This document shows, in pieces, positions 12,148-22,443 of a stretch of 55,471 nucleotides of DNA (positions within the stretch are counted from its first letter, which is position 1; each line of letters begins with the position of its first letter). Source of the stretch: Callorhinchus milii (lineage: Eukaryota); the NCBI RefSeq assembly GCF_018977255.1, contig NW_024705305.1, positions 1 through 55,471 of the forward strand, in the 5' to 3' direction. Made by a program: the position numbers and the translations under genes. The notes below the pieces were generated by a model. That model did not search any database and was not told where the DNA came from. It was given only the letters and a program-made list of their open reading frames with translations.

Positions 12148-12721
12148 CTACTGGGCGGTGGACCTGCCACCACAAAGCAGCACGCGGCGGAGGAGTGAGG
12201 CGATCGCTCTCGCCACGCGAGCGAGGCCCCCTCGCTTCCTCTTCTTTTCGTGCATCTCCACCTGCACCTCTTCCGTTTTCTCCTCCGTCTCATCCTCCTC
12301 CATCCCCTCTTCTTCATCCTCCACCACCATCTTCTCCTCTACCTCCTCCTTCTTCCTGCGCCACCTCCATCTTCTCCATCTTCTTCTCCTCCGCTAGCAC
12401 CATCTCTTCCTCCTTCATCTCCTCCTCAACTTCCGGCACCACCATCTCCACCACCGTCTTCTCTTCCTCCTCCACCACCATTGTTTCCCCTTTGTCCGTC
12501 GTCTCCATGTCCTCCACCACGACCATCTGTTCATCCTTTGTTGTCTCCTTGTCCTCCATCTCCGTATTGTCTTTCTCCTCTCCCTCCGTGTTCTCCTCCA
12601 TTGTCACCATCACAATCTCGTCCTCCTTTGCCTTCTCTTCCTCCGTCTCTACTTCATCCTCCATCTCCTTCACCTCTTCCTTCGTCTCCTTCTCCACAAC
12701 CTCTGTCTTCACTTCAAAGGC
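12148..12721 (-). CDS. Putative terminal exon: Glu-rich low-complexity region ending KKRKRGGLARVARAIASLLRRVLLCGGRSTAQ*, with one frameshift near 12355
   Basis: Acceptor CTCCTCACTCGTCCAG|GCC (exon starts 12721). ORFs 12314-12775 and 12148-12330 join into one acidic frame if one extra G near 12355 is removed. Confidence 0.5.
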
Positions 12722-12785
12722 CTGGACGAGTGAGGAGGAGGGCTGAGCTGGCTCAGATCTGTGAAGAGACAACACGACACCGTTC

Positions 12786-13194
12786 TAGATTTGAAGCTTT
12801 CGTGACTGCAATGATTCATATTCTTAGGTTTTTTCGGTAAAGTCACGTAGGTAAAAAACATTAAAAAGTAAAATAAAATAACATAAAAAATAAAAATCAC
12901 GACGTTTCGGAGGCAACACAAGCTTCCGTCTTCAGGTGGAACCGTCACAGCCACGACAGCTGTATCAGGTAAATGAGAGATTGCAGAAGCTACCACTTCG
13001 TTTATATAATGGTTGGAGAAGGTGGTGGGGCAAGGGCCGCATACTTTTATTAATATGGTAAGGTGAGGCTTAAGACTAAGAATAGACTGCATATCAAAGG
13101 CTGAGCCTTTGTTATGGAGAGGTGCGGTTTGTGACTCAACCTGTAACAGGGAGACCACCACTAGACATGGTAAAACTGTGATGGTTGTCTGTCA
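12786..13194 (-). mobile_element. Short hammerhead-bearing retro-insertion (Penelope-like fragment) with 15-bp TSD
   Basis: Flanked by AACACGACACCGTTC at 12771-12785 and 13195-13209. Contains a hammerhead core and the family tail TACCTACGTGACTTTACCGAAA. Confidence 0.8.
12898..12938 (-). ncRNA. Minimal hammerhead ribozyme motif
   Basis: CAC-CTGAAGA-C-GGAAGC-TTGTGTT-GCCTCC-GAAAC-GTC-GTG: CUGANGA core, stem II with one mismatch, stem I CAC/GTG. Confidence 0.8.
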
Positions 13195-13313
13195 AACACG
13201 ACACCGTTCCACCTTGCTGCTACGGCAGACATCGCCATCTCCCCATCGTCCGTGGGTGGAATGTGTGGCGGATTAATTCGAGCTGAATAGAAACAGCAAT
13301 AACGACATGGCCA

Positions 13314-13581
13314 GTGAGTGTGCTTAGTATTGGTGCTGTCATTCTCATGGCGCCAGGCTATCCTTGAGATAGGTGCAGCTGTGTCTCACACAGACTGCTG
13401 TAGTATCACAGTAGTGGGTGGCGTTGCTGTGCAAATTTAGCTGAATAATTTGAAGTGACATTTTTTTGGTTCTTTCGGTAAAGTCATGTAGGTATAAAAT
13501 AAAATAAATTAAATCACAACGTTTCGATTGTAACACAAGCAATCATCATCAGGTGGGAAAACCACAGCAAGAAACGTTCTT
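13314..13581 (-). mobile_element. Second hammerhead-bearing insertion with 18-bp direct repeats
   Basis: GCAATAACGACATGGCCA at 13296-13313 and 13582-13599; family tail at ~13448-13514. Confidence 0.7.
13515..13555 (-). ncRNA. Minimal hammerhead ribozyme motif (GUU triplet)
   Basis: CAC-CTGATGA-T-GATTG-CTTGTGTTA-CAATC-GAAAC-GTT-GTG. Confidence 0.75.
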
Positions 13582-13598
13582 GCAATAACGACATGGCC

Positions 13599-13706
13599 AT
13601 CGAAACGTCGTGATTTAATTTAATTTATTTTATTTCATACCTACGTGAATTTACCGATATAACCAAAGATATGGATCCCTGTAGTCACTAAAACTTCAAA
13701 TCTAGA
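13599..13706 (+). mobile_element. 5'-truncated, oppositely oriented copy of the same element (3' half of hammerhead plus tail)
   Basis: ATCGAAACGTCGTGATTT...TACCTACGTGAATTTACCGA...CTTCAAATCTAGA matches the reverse complement of 12784-12908. Confidence 0.75.
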
Positions 13707-14437
13707 TTGAAATTTCTATATGTATATTCTAATTGACCCCTTGCACATAATGTCCTAAGCATTTCAAATGGCATCGATAGAGATCCTGAACGTCCACTGT
13801 GACGGAATGGGTGTGGATCTGTGTGGTCAATGCAGCAGCAATAATAGCCAGGGCGGGAAGCAAGATCTGAACTGTAATGGTGAAGAATGAGTGCACGAAA
13901 TTTGGTCGCTTCAACACATCCACGATTTCAAAAAAGTGTCCGTCAGTGATTTGTGGTCGAGAGAGCCACCTCCCTTGACGTCGAAGGCATCTCAGAGTGC
14001 ATTGCATGCGATGAGCCTCTCGCATCTCTCATCTCATCGCGTTTTAAATTGGACACCCCTCTCAGTGGTAGCTGTCGCTGTGCATTACAAGGCGACTTGG
14101 CAGCTGGCCTGGAAACAGGCGATAGACAGCGAAAATCTCACGGTGGATGGAGGGTTACATGGTGAAGATATGCCCACTTCGTTATGTGGTCTAACCAGAA
14201 ACCAGTTATGAAAAATAAATCTGTCCACAGTATAGCGGAATGTACACGTGGGGTTTGCAGTGTCTGTGAATTTTGAGAGCGCGACAGGGCTTGAGCACCT
14301 GTGCATCACAGCAACATTGACCTGGGTTTGATTTCCACGTTTGGCCACATTCTCCGTGTGGATTGTGCAGCCACCTGTTCTGGGAAGGTTCTGCAGCTTT
14401 CTCCCTGTTACTGAACCCACACAAGCAATGCAAATGT

Positions 14438-17400
14438 TCAATTTGGATCGCAAACAGTAGCAACTTTCTTGCAAAATGCGAGCAAACTTGGCAGGATCCT
14501 CCTGAAAAAAAGTCTTGAGACCGAGTAAGGCTGATGCTGCGTGAGAAGCATGGCAATAAATAACAAAAATAAACACACAGGGCGCACACGCAGAGTGGTT
14601 TACCGTGGCTCAGCGACTCCGGAGTTTGCTTTATCTTCTTGGAAGCCCTCTTCTCCAAAGCTCGGAGCTATTGGGCCCCACACAGGATTGGAGGACGTGG
14701 TGGCGGTGGTGGTGGAGGTGGTGTCAGTAGTAGTGGTGCTGCTGCTGGTGGTAGCGGTCTGGAGCCATTGTCGCTCGATCTTGGCGAGGCGCTGCTCTTC
14801 CTCGAGGCGCTTTTGCTCCACAAGACGCTTCTCCTCCATCAAGTGCTCCTCCTCCTCTTGACGCTTCACCTCAACGAGGCGCTTCTCCTGAATGAGACGT
14901 TTCTCCTCGAGGAGCTTCACCTTGCGAAAGCGCCTCTCCTCAAGTCGCTTATTTTTTTTCTCAAGACGCTTCAGCTCTATGAGACGCTTCACCTCAAAGA
15001 GGCGATTCTCCTCCATGAGGCGCTTCTCTTCCTCGACTCGCTGCACCTCAATGAGGCGCTGCTCCTCGACAAGGCGCTTCTCTTCTTCCACCCGCTTCTC
15101 CTCCATGAGGCGCTTCTCTTCCTCGACCCGCTTCACATCTATGAGGCGCTTCTCTTCCTCCAGATGCTTCTCCTTGAGACGCTTCACCTCGCGAAGGCGC
15201 TTCTCCTCCATGAAGCGCGTTTCTTCAAGGAGGCGCTTTTCCATGACCCGTTTCACGTCTTTGAGGATATTATTTCGAAGGCACTTCTGCTCCGTTTGGT
15301 GCTTCACCTTGGCGAGGCGCTTCACCTCATTGGGGCGCTTCTCTTCCATTGTGCATTTCTCCTTCGCAAGGCGCTTGTCCTCCTGGAGACGCTTCACTCC
15401 GCTGAAGTTCTTCACCTCCCCAATGCTCCTCTGTTCACGCGAAGATAAGCACATGACCATTCAGACATGCACACTCAGGACAAAATCATTCTCGCAGGCA
15501 CACAAACATGGACGGGCACATAGACAAACAAAAATGCATACTGGCACATCTATGTAGGATGCAAACATGCACATTAACTCATGGCATGACGTGATGATGG
15601 AGGGATGGAGTGATGGTGTTGGGAGATGGTGTTGTGATACGGAGAGGAGAAATTGTGGAATGTTCTGGAGAGACGGTGCCTTGTGATGGTATTGACGCTT
15701 TATGAGGCTCTATGATATTGTATTGATTCTCGAATTGAATCTTTCGTGACTGCAAGCATTCATACTCACGTATGTCACTTTACCGAAAAAACCTAAGAAA
15801 GAGTCACGTACGTGACTTTACCGAAAAAACTAAGAGTATATTGTATCGAGTTGGTGGTGATGTGAAGAGATTGTGTGGTGATGTGAGGTGTAGTGATGTT
15901 TTGGTGCAATGGTGTGGGAGTGTGGAGAGAATGTGGTGTTTGACTCCCATAGACCCCATACACACCTTTGGGGAACGATTTTCATAGCTTTGGCCTGGGA
16001 AAGGGTCCACTTCATCCATAATGTCCCCCCACGTGGTCGATTGGCGCCATGACTCCCTGGCTACGGAAAACAAAATTAATTCAAAGGACGAGTAATGTAT
16101 TAGAGAACGAAGCACGTGGATATTCACACAACTAATTCTGAGATTCTTGTAATTACCTCTTAACACATAACATGACCTACTGTTGAGAAACATTAGTCAC
16201 ATGGCAGTAAAACATTACAAGTCATATTTTTGTAAGCATGTTGAGATCATCAATTTCATAAAGTTGAGACCCCAATTTAACCCAATATGGCTGAAACGCA
16301 GCTCTAAATCCATGCTGTCTGCCACACTTGACCGTTTACCTCTTCCCATCACCACCAAGAAAAATAATTAATCAGGGAGCTGCCTCCTCTGCATAAAAGC
16401 CACGTGATGCAGGTAACTGTGACTTACCATCATAGTCCTCCAAGATGTCAGCCCACTTGCGTTGTCTGTCCATGTTGTTGGGAAGGAGTAGTTTCTGTTT
16501 GATGTTGGAGGGCCTGGGGAGGTTGTAAAAACGCTCAGATTTAGCAACCTTTTGAAACACTCATCCTCTCAATTATTACATATTTGACCACTCGCTGTAC
16601 CAATCAAATCACTTTCGTGCCGTTTGTTTTACAAGTCCACTCACTCGCTTGTTTGCCCACTCACGCGTGCGTCAGATCGCTCACTCATCCACCCACGCGA
16701 ACATGTTTATTCCAACTGCCTATTGCATTAAACATAATCGCCAGACATAACCGTGATGTTTAACCTCTAATCCAGACAAGCATGTTGATGCACAGCCCAT
16801 TTGTATTAATCTACTGCTTGATAAAGGCCCCCCTATGTCTTGTAGGTCATTGGGGTCAAATGACCATACTTAAATCATTTGTTATAACCCGAGAATGACG
16901 TCGTAGGTCACGTGATGTCAGAGTACCGCCCATGTGGCTGTGACATCACAGATAGGAGACATCTATGGCAGCAGCTCGGGTCTGAACTAAAAGGTAGACT
17001 CCTCCCCCGTGTTGGATAACATTCAATACATGTAATGCAGGGCACAATTATGCAGGCAATCAGAACACAATAATTATAGACATGTTAATCATATTATATG
17101 AGATTTAAACAGGTTAGTTATGAACGTTTTAAATGTTAACTTGCTTTGGTCTAAACAATGACAGTAACAGCAACATATCAGAGCATGCCAAGTAATCTAA
17201 CTAATAGTCCTAATTTGGTTGCAGAAAATCCAAATAGCAACATACACAAAAATAATGAAGCTTTAGTTTGTAGTCAAAACGTGCAATAAAAATAAACAAC
17301 ACACATCGTCAACAGGGACGCTCACGATAATTGTTTTTTTACCCTTCTATCTGGCAACAAAACTGACACCTTTTTACAAGGAGTCATGTTTGCATAGACC

Positions 17401-17694
17401 GCAATACCTGCAGTCATAATACAAACAAAAGAACATAACTCTGATAATGTGCACTGTCCTTGAAGTTGATTGGTCCACACCCGAGACAGCTTTCCTTAGA
17501 GCCTAGTCTCACATGGGTTGGACCTGATGACGCCAAAAGGCGCACTGTAAAAAGGTGTCAGTTTTGTTGCCAGATAGAAGGGTAAAAAAACAATTATCAT
17601 ATTTTTACTGGCAAATGAGGTTCCCACAGGACGCTCACCTCGTTGACGATTCGCTCTGCAAAGGCTTCTTCTGCTGCTGCTCACTCGTGCGCAT
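14438..17694 (-). CDS. Predicted 5-exon orphan gene, ~375 aa, with an EEKRL-type charged helical repeat. Exons 17694-17639, 16513-16428, 16060-15966, 15430-14604, 14501-14438
   Basis: All four introns are GT..AG with matching phases (2,1,0,2). The spliced 1128 nt are open from ATG to TGA: MRTSEQQQKKPLQSESSTR-PSNIKQKLLLPNNMDRQRKWADILEDYDA-RESWRQSTTWGDIMDEVDPFPGQSYENRSPK-RSIGEVK...(EEKRL repeats)...AEPR-RILPSLLAFCKKVATVCDPN*. The last intron has a weak donor (GTAAAC); if unspliced the protein stops at 14600. Confidence 0.7.
15741..15840. mobile_element. Scrambled shards of the hammerhead-element tail
   Basis: TTCGTGACTGCAA.CATTCATA in one orientation, then two copies of (GTG/GTC)ACTTTACCGAAAAAAC in the other. 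Confidence 0.65.
17326..17598. repeat. Perfect 53-bp inverted repeat (17326-17378 / 17546-17598), CACTG-type transposon end
   Basis: The arms are exact reverse complements. The right arm is preceded by CAC, giving CACTGTAAAAA, which resembles EnSpm/CACTA-class termini. Related sequence at ~7390-7410 and ~7511-7558. Confidence 0.75.
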
Positions 17695-17850
17695 TCCTCT
17701 CGACTGCGGGTGGAGGCGTGGCTATGACGTAACAGAGGTGACGTCACTACAGCGAGGCTCCGCCCCCACGCGCTTGGCGGGCGCACCACGTGGTGCAGTG
17801 CGGGTGGTGTGCGTCACCGGAAACAGCAGAGCCCTCGGTCGACATTAAAC
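17695..17850 (-). promoter_or_regulatory. CpG-rich promoter region of the orphan gene
   Basis: TGACGTCA at ~17739, TGACGTAA at ~17725, GC box CTCCGCCCC, E-box CACGTG and CCGGAA, all immediately upstream of predicted exon 1. Confidence 0.55.
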
Positions 17851-18315
17851 ATTTGCCCCCTCGCTTTGTGCTGTCTTTGATGTCGCCGTTACTGCGGCGA
17901 GGACTGAAGCGATGCCTGGCCATTAGGCCTGGCATATACCTAGGCCTCAGGCTTCATATTTGTTCGTAGTTATTTTTTGTTTAATTGGAATTATTAACTT
18001 GCATTTCATTAATTACATTTCAAGCGTATAAACACCATAACATTGGTTTATTTACTTTTAAATTCAGGTTTGTAGTATAGTTATTGATCTGTAGTTATAT
18101 TTAAGTGAGTGAGGTGGTTGTACTAAGTGTGAATTTGAGTTCCATGTAAATTATTATTGTGTAAAGGATTTGTCTGTGTGCACCTATCCTGGCAGTGGTA
18201 ATTAGGGCTTTTTATAATTAAGTTGTTAATGAGATTGTTTATTTGTGTGTGTCTGTTATCGATGTCTGTGTAAGGTTACATATCTATGTTTGTAGCTCTG
18301 TGTGTTTGTTAATTT

Positions 18316-18685
18316 ATGATGGGTGGTGATGATGATGTTTCTTGATAATGGATGGTGGTGATGATGATGGGTGGTGATTATGAAGGGTGGTAATGATGAT
18401 GGTTGGTGATGATAATGTGTAGTGATTATGATGGGTGGTAGTGATGATGATGGGTGGTGGTAATGATTGGGGAGTTTATGATGATGGGTGGTGATGGTTA
18501 TGGGTGGTGATGATGATGGGTTGTTGTGATTATGGATGATTGGTGATGGTTATGATGAATGTTGGTTGTGATGGTTGGGTGGTGGTGGTGGAGACGATGG
18601 TTGGTGATGGTGAGTTGATAGTGATAATGATGATAATGGGTGTTGATACTGATGATTTGTGTTGATGATTATGGGTGGTGATGAG
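18316..18685. repeat. (GAT/GGT)n degenerate microsatellite
   Basis: Seen directly. Confidence 0.85.
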
Positions 18686-21455
18686 TAAATGAGCAACCAC
18701 CAGACACATAACAGCAACAGAAGTAACTAAATCAGCACCAATAACAGCAGCGACAACAGCAGCAGCAACAACACATTTTGAGGGCGACGCAACTACTTCC
18801 GATTCTGCTGTTTCTGCTGCTCGACTATTTGTAGACAGGACCTGCTCTCGCGGGACCCCACACGTCTTTGGAAATGATTGCGATCATGTCTGAGCTGAGA
18901 ATTAAGTGACTAAACGTTACTTTGTTTAACCATAACTGTGTGTAGGTTAGTGTCTGGGGGCTTAGCGAATACTACTCATGAATGAACTCGCACTCCTTTA
19001 TGACCGACATTCTACTAATTTTGGTTGATCGAGACGAACAAGGCACGTGCCATGTCCAGAATAATTTTTATTACCAATATTGTCCTTAAATATGATGCTA
19101 AAATAAACATTAACACTGGATTAAACCTGCACCTCTTAAACGCTGCCTCGCATTTACGACTAACAATTTGCATTTTACACGTAACATGCAGTCAAGCACA
19201 GTAAAATGCTAATACGACAATATTGTTATTCTAGGAATTTAAATTCGATTCTAACCCTGCACCCCCAACAGTTCGCATATCCAACCCCCGGTTTAATGGA
19301 ACGTTCGCTTTACATACATATGAGCAGAGTACGATTATAATACTTCTAATGAGATTTGAATACCGTACCTCAGTTTATGGTGTAATGAATTAGGAAACCA
19401 GTCTATAGTCGTTTAATGTTGAGTGGTATCGTTTATAGTGATACAGCTGAAGTCATAGAGATGAAACGGCCTAAGTGTGTACGAATGTAGATAGGGCGTC
19501 GCCGTTGGTTCGTCCACCCATCGCGCCTCAAGACTTATGTCCGTCCCCACCCGGACAGCTCATCCCCATGTCCTGTACAGCCCAAGTCTGGTGTGTCCAA
19601 CGTGGTGGGGCTCTCGGCAACGGAAACCGTACACCAAAGGAAATGTGTTGTGGCGCTCACAGTTTCCTAGCCCCTGAGGCCCGGGGTGCTTCAAGGATCT
19701 CCACGTGCGAGGAATCGGTGCCTGGAGCCCAGTCATGTTTCTCAAAAGAAGCCAGGGACCTGCCTAACCCTTCAAGGCTGTGGTGCGAACCCTTGACGCC
19801 CCGAAAGGCACAAGATTCCACCATGGGCCTTTAACGCGGTTTTAGACCCCAGGCGTCACGATATAGCAACGACGACGACGAGACAGCAACCAGCCAACAC
19901 AGCCCCAAACCTCGTTCCTCCCCCTCTCTCATTCTCGGCGTGAACCTCCGCCCACACTTGGTCTCGCCTTCCCTTCTCGAACTCTCTCTATCTTGTTGTC
20001 ACCACTTGTCCCTTAGTTGACGCATTGTCTTTACATCACCCACCTCTATGACCTCTACCTGTCCCCGCCATGGGCGGAGCAACTTGGATTTTCCCGGTGG
20101 CACCTGTAGGCAATACAACCATGCCCTGTCCCCCACTGCCCATGGAAGCACGTGTTCACGCTGCCCCGAGTTATTTTCATTAGCGGATTGCGCTCTGGTG
20201 GGGAAAGGTCCTCGTTATGAATCGTTTCGCAACGTTCAGGTCCAGAATACCGAAGTACACCGGGAATCACCTGTACAAAAAAAACATGTAAACTGATAAC
20301 ACTATAAACAATAACACTAAACATTAAACGACAAAAAACCTACCAACTGGTTTTATTATTTATACCACCATAAACGCAGGTACGGTATTTAAATCTCATT
20401 AGAAGTATTAAAATCGCACTCTACACATATTTATGTAAATTATCTGTTCAATCGAACCGGGGGTCGGATATGTGAACTGTGGGGGGAACAGGGCAAGAAT
20501 CGCATTTAAATTTTAGAATAACAATATTGTCGTATTAGCATTTTACTGTGCTTGAATGTATGTTATGTGAAAATGCAAATCGTTAGTCGTAAATGCGAGG
20601 GAGGGGTTAAGATGTGCACGTTTAATCCAGTGTTACCATTTATTTTAGCATCATATTTAAGGACACTGTGTTGATAAGAATTCGTCTGGACGTGGCACGT
20701 GCCTTGTTCTACTCGATCAACCAAAATTAGTACAATGTCGGTCATAAAGGAGTGTGATTTCATTCATGATTAGTATTCACAGAGCCCCGATGACACTAAC
20801 CTACCTAAAGTTATGGTTAAACAAAGTAATCTTGAGTGACTTAATTCTCAGCTCAGACATGATCATCGCAATCATTTCCAAAGACGTGTGGGGTCCTGCG
20901 AGAGCAGGTCCCGACTACAAACAGCTGGGCAGCAGAATCGGAAGTAGCTGCGTCGCCCTCGACATGTGATGTTGCTGCTGTTGTTGTCGCTGCTGTTGTT
21001 GCTGCTGTAGTTGCTTCTGTTGCTGTGATATACGCAGGGAGGTGATGTTCCGTGATGGGATGACGCCTTTGATTAAAGCCTCTGATCAAACTCACCCGAT
21101 TGACGCCCTTGATCGTCGTATTTGATCAACTCTGATATTGTAAACTCTCACATGTTAAGCTCTAACATAGTGAAACGTAATATTATAACCTATGAACTAC
21201 AACCATTGTAACGCTGTAAAAGAATATTACCTATTGGGTTTCACTCCCTCGTCGAGAAGGCCGCTCTCTTCCTTTTCTAAAGTTACATGCTAATTTCTCT
21301 GCATTCACTTTAAATCGAAGACAACGTTTTTCCATTTATTCAAAATAAGCGCACAATTACACACTGAGATGCACTTACATATTCATGCATGAAGCACAAT
21401 GGGCACATTACCCTTCGGTATGTTAATAGACATGCGGATTGTGCCTTCCAAAATT

Positions 21456-21831
21456 AACAATCGAATGCAAATATCCTGAAAGACAAAGAATTGGATCCTA
21501 GGGGCGGAGTTATAAGGCGGCTCAGAAGCAGAGCTCAATGCCATTTCGAGAGGGAACTTGATGAGGTTGGACGCTCGACTCGTCGCTCTGCTGATCGCCC
21601 TTCAACCGCGAGACAACGCAGCCTGCCGAGCACAATTGCTGAGTCGACATTTAGGCGACTTTGCGTCGGGAGAGTTCGTGGCGACATCTTCAGACGGGTT
21701 CCAGACATCGATATACCGTGAATCTCCAAGTAAGTGTCTATTTTCGCGGATAAACTCTTAAACGTGTTCGTCGTCAAATTAGCGGGATTTTTTTGCGTCT
21801 CGGTTAGACGCGAGTGTCGTTCTTGTTTTAG
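21456..21831 (+). promoter_or_regulatory. Copy B promoter, non-coding exon 1 and 102-nt intron
   Basis: AACAAT at 21456, ATGCAAAT at 21465-21472, ATTGG at ~21490, TATAAG at 21511, donor GTAAGT at 21730, acceptor TTCTTGTTTTAG ending 21831. Confidence 0.75.
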
Positions 21832-21923
21832 CAGTTAACAAAATCCAAAACTCAACGCTAAACATCCTTGTGGCCGATAGCGTACTTTTGACTCGGTAAC
21901 ACCGCTACTGTTACTACGCTCAC

Positions 21924-22443
21924 ATGGAGCAGAGACGCTCTCCACAGCCCCACGCACACGGAGGCAAGAAGCCATTCAATTGCTCTGTGTGTGGGAAGTC
22001 CTTTTCATGGCCATCAAATCTTAAGAGACACCAGAGAACACACACGGGCGAGAAGCCGTTCCTGTGCTCTGTGTGTGGGGATGCATTTACACGGGCATCA
22101 ACTATTAAAACTCATCAAAGAACACACGGGCGAGAAGCCATTCCTGTGCCCTGTGTGTGGGAAGGCATTTGTACAGTCATCAACTCTTCAAACTCATCAG
22201 AGAACACACACGGGCGAGAAGCTATTCCTGTGCTCTGTGTGTGGGAAAGCATTTGCACGGTCATCAAACATGAACAGGCATCAGAAGGTCCACAATGATA
22301 GGAAACTGAAATCAAAAGCTGAAATTCAAGGTGCTGCAATGAGTCCTGAAGAAGTTTCCACCTTCGATCCCATGCAGTTGGATCCCGAGAGATGGCTGGA
22401 TGTAATGGAGTGGCTCGAGAGTCAATCAGAGAGCTCGGGGTGA
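21924..22443 (+). CDS. Small C2H2 ZNF family copy B, 4 fingers; one 2-nt deletion in an (AC)n run near 22122
   Basis: ORFs 21924-22298 and 21991-22443 join if AC is restored in AGAACACAC(AC)GGG. AATAAA at ~22986. Confidence 0.75.

Noticed and set aside
13330..13456. Patchy similarity to U1 snRNA (AGGCTATCC, GACTGC..GTAGTGGG, ATAATTTG)
   Set aside because: No ATACTTACCTG 5' end, and spacing and order do not fit; cannot be supported without a covariance-model search.
14639..15557. Long plus-strand ORFs (269 and 221 aa), and likewise 12195-12840
   Set aside because: Antisense shadows of repetitive minus-strand exons; the splice signals support the minus strand.
21491..21721. 76-aa ORF MDPRGGVIRR... 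repeated before each ZNF copy
   Set aside because: Starts at TTG upstream of the TATA box; its recurrence reflects recent DNA duplication.
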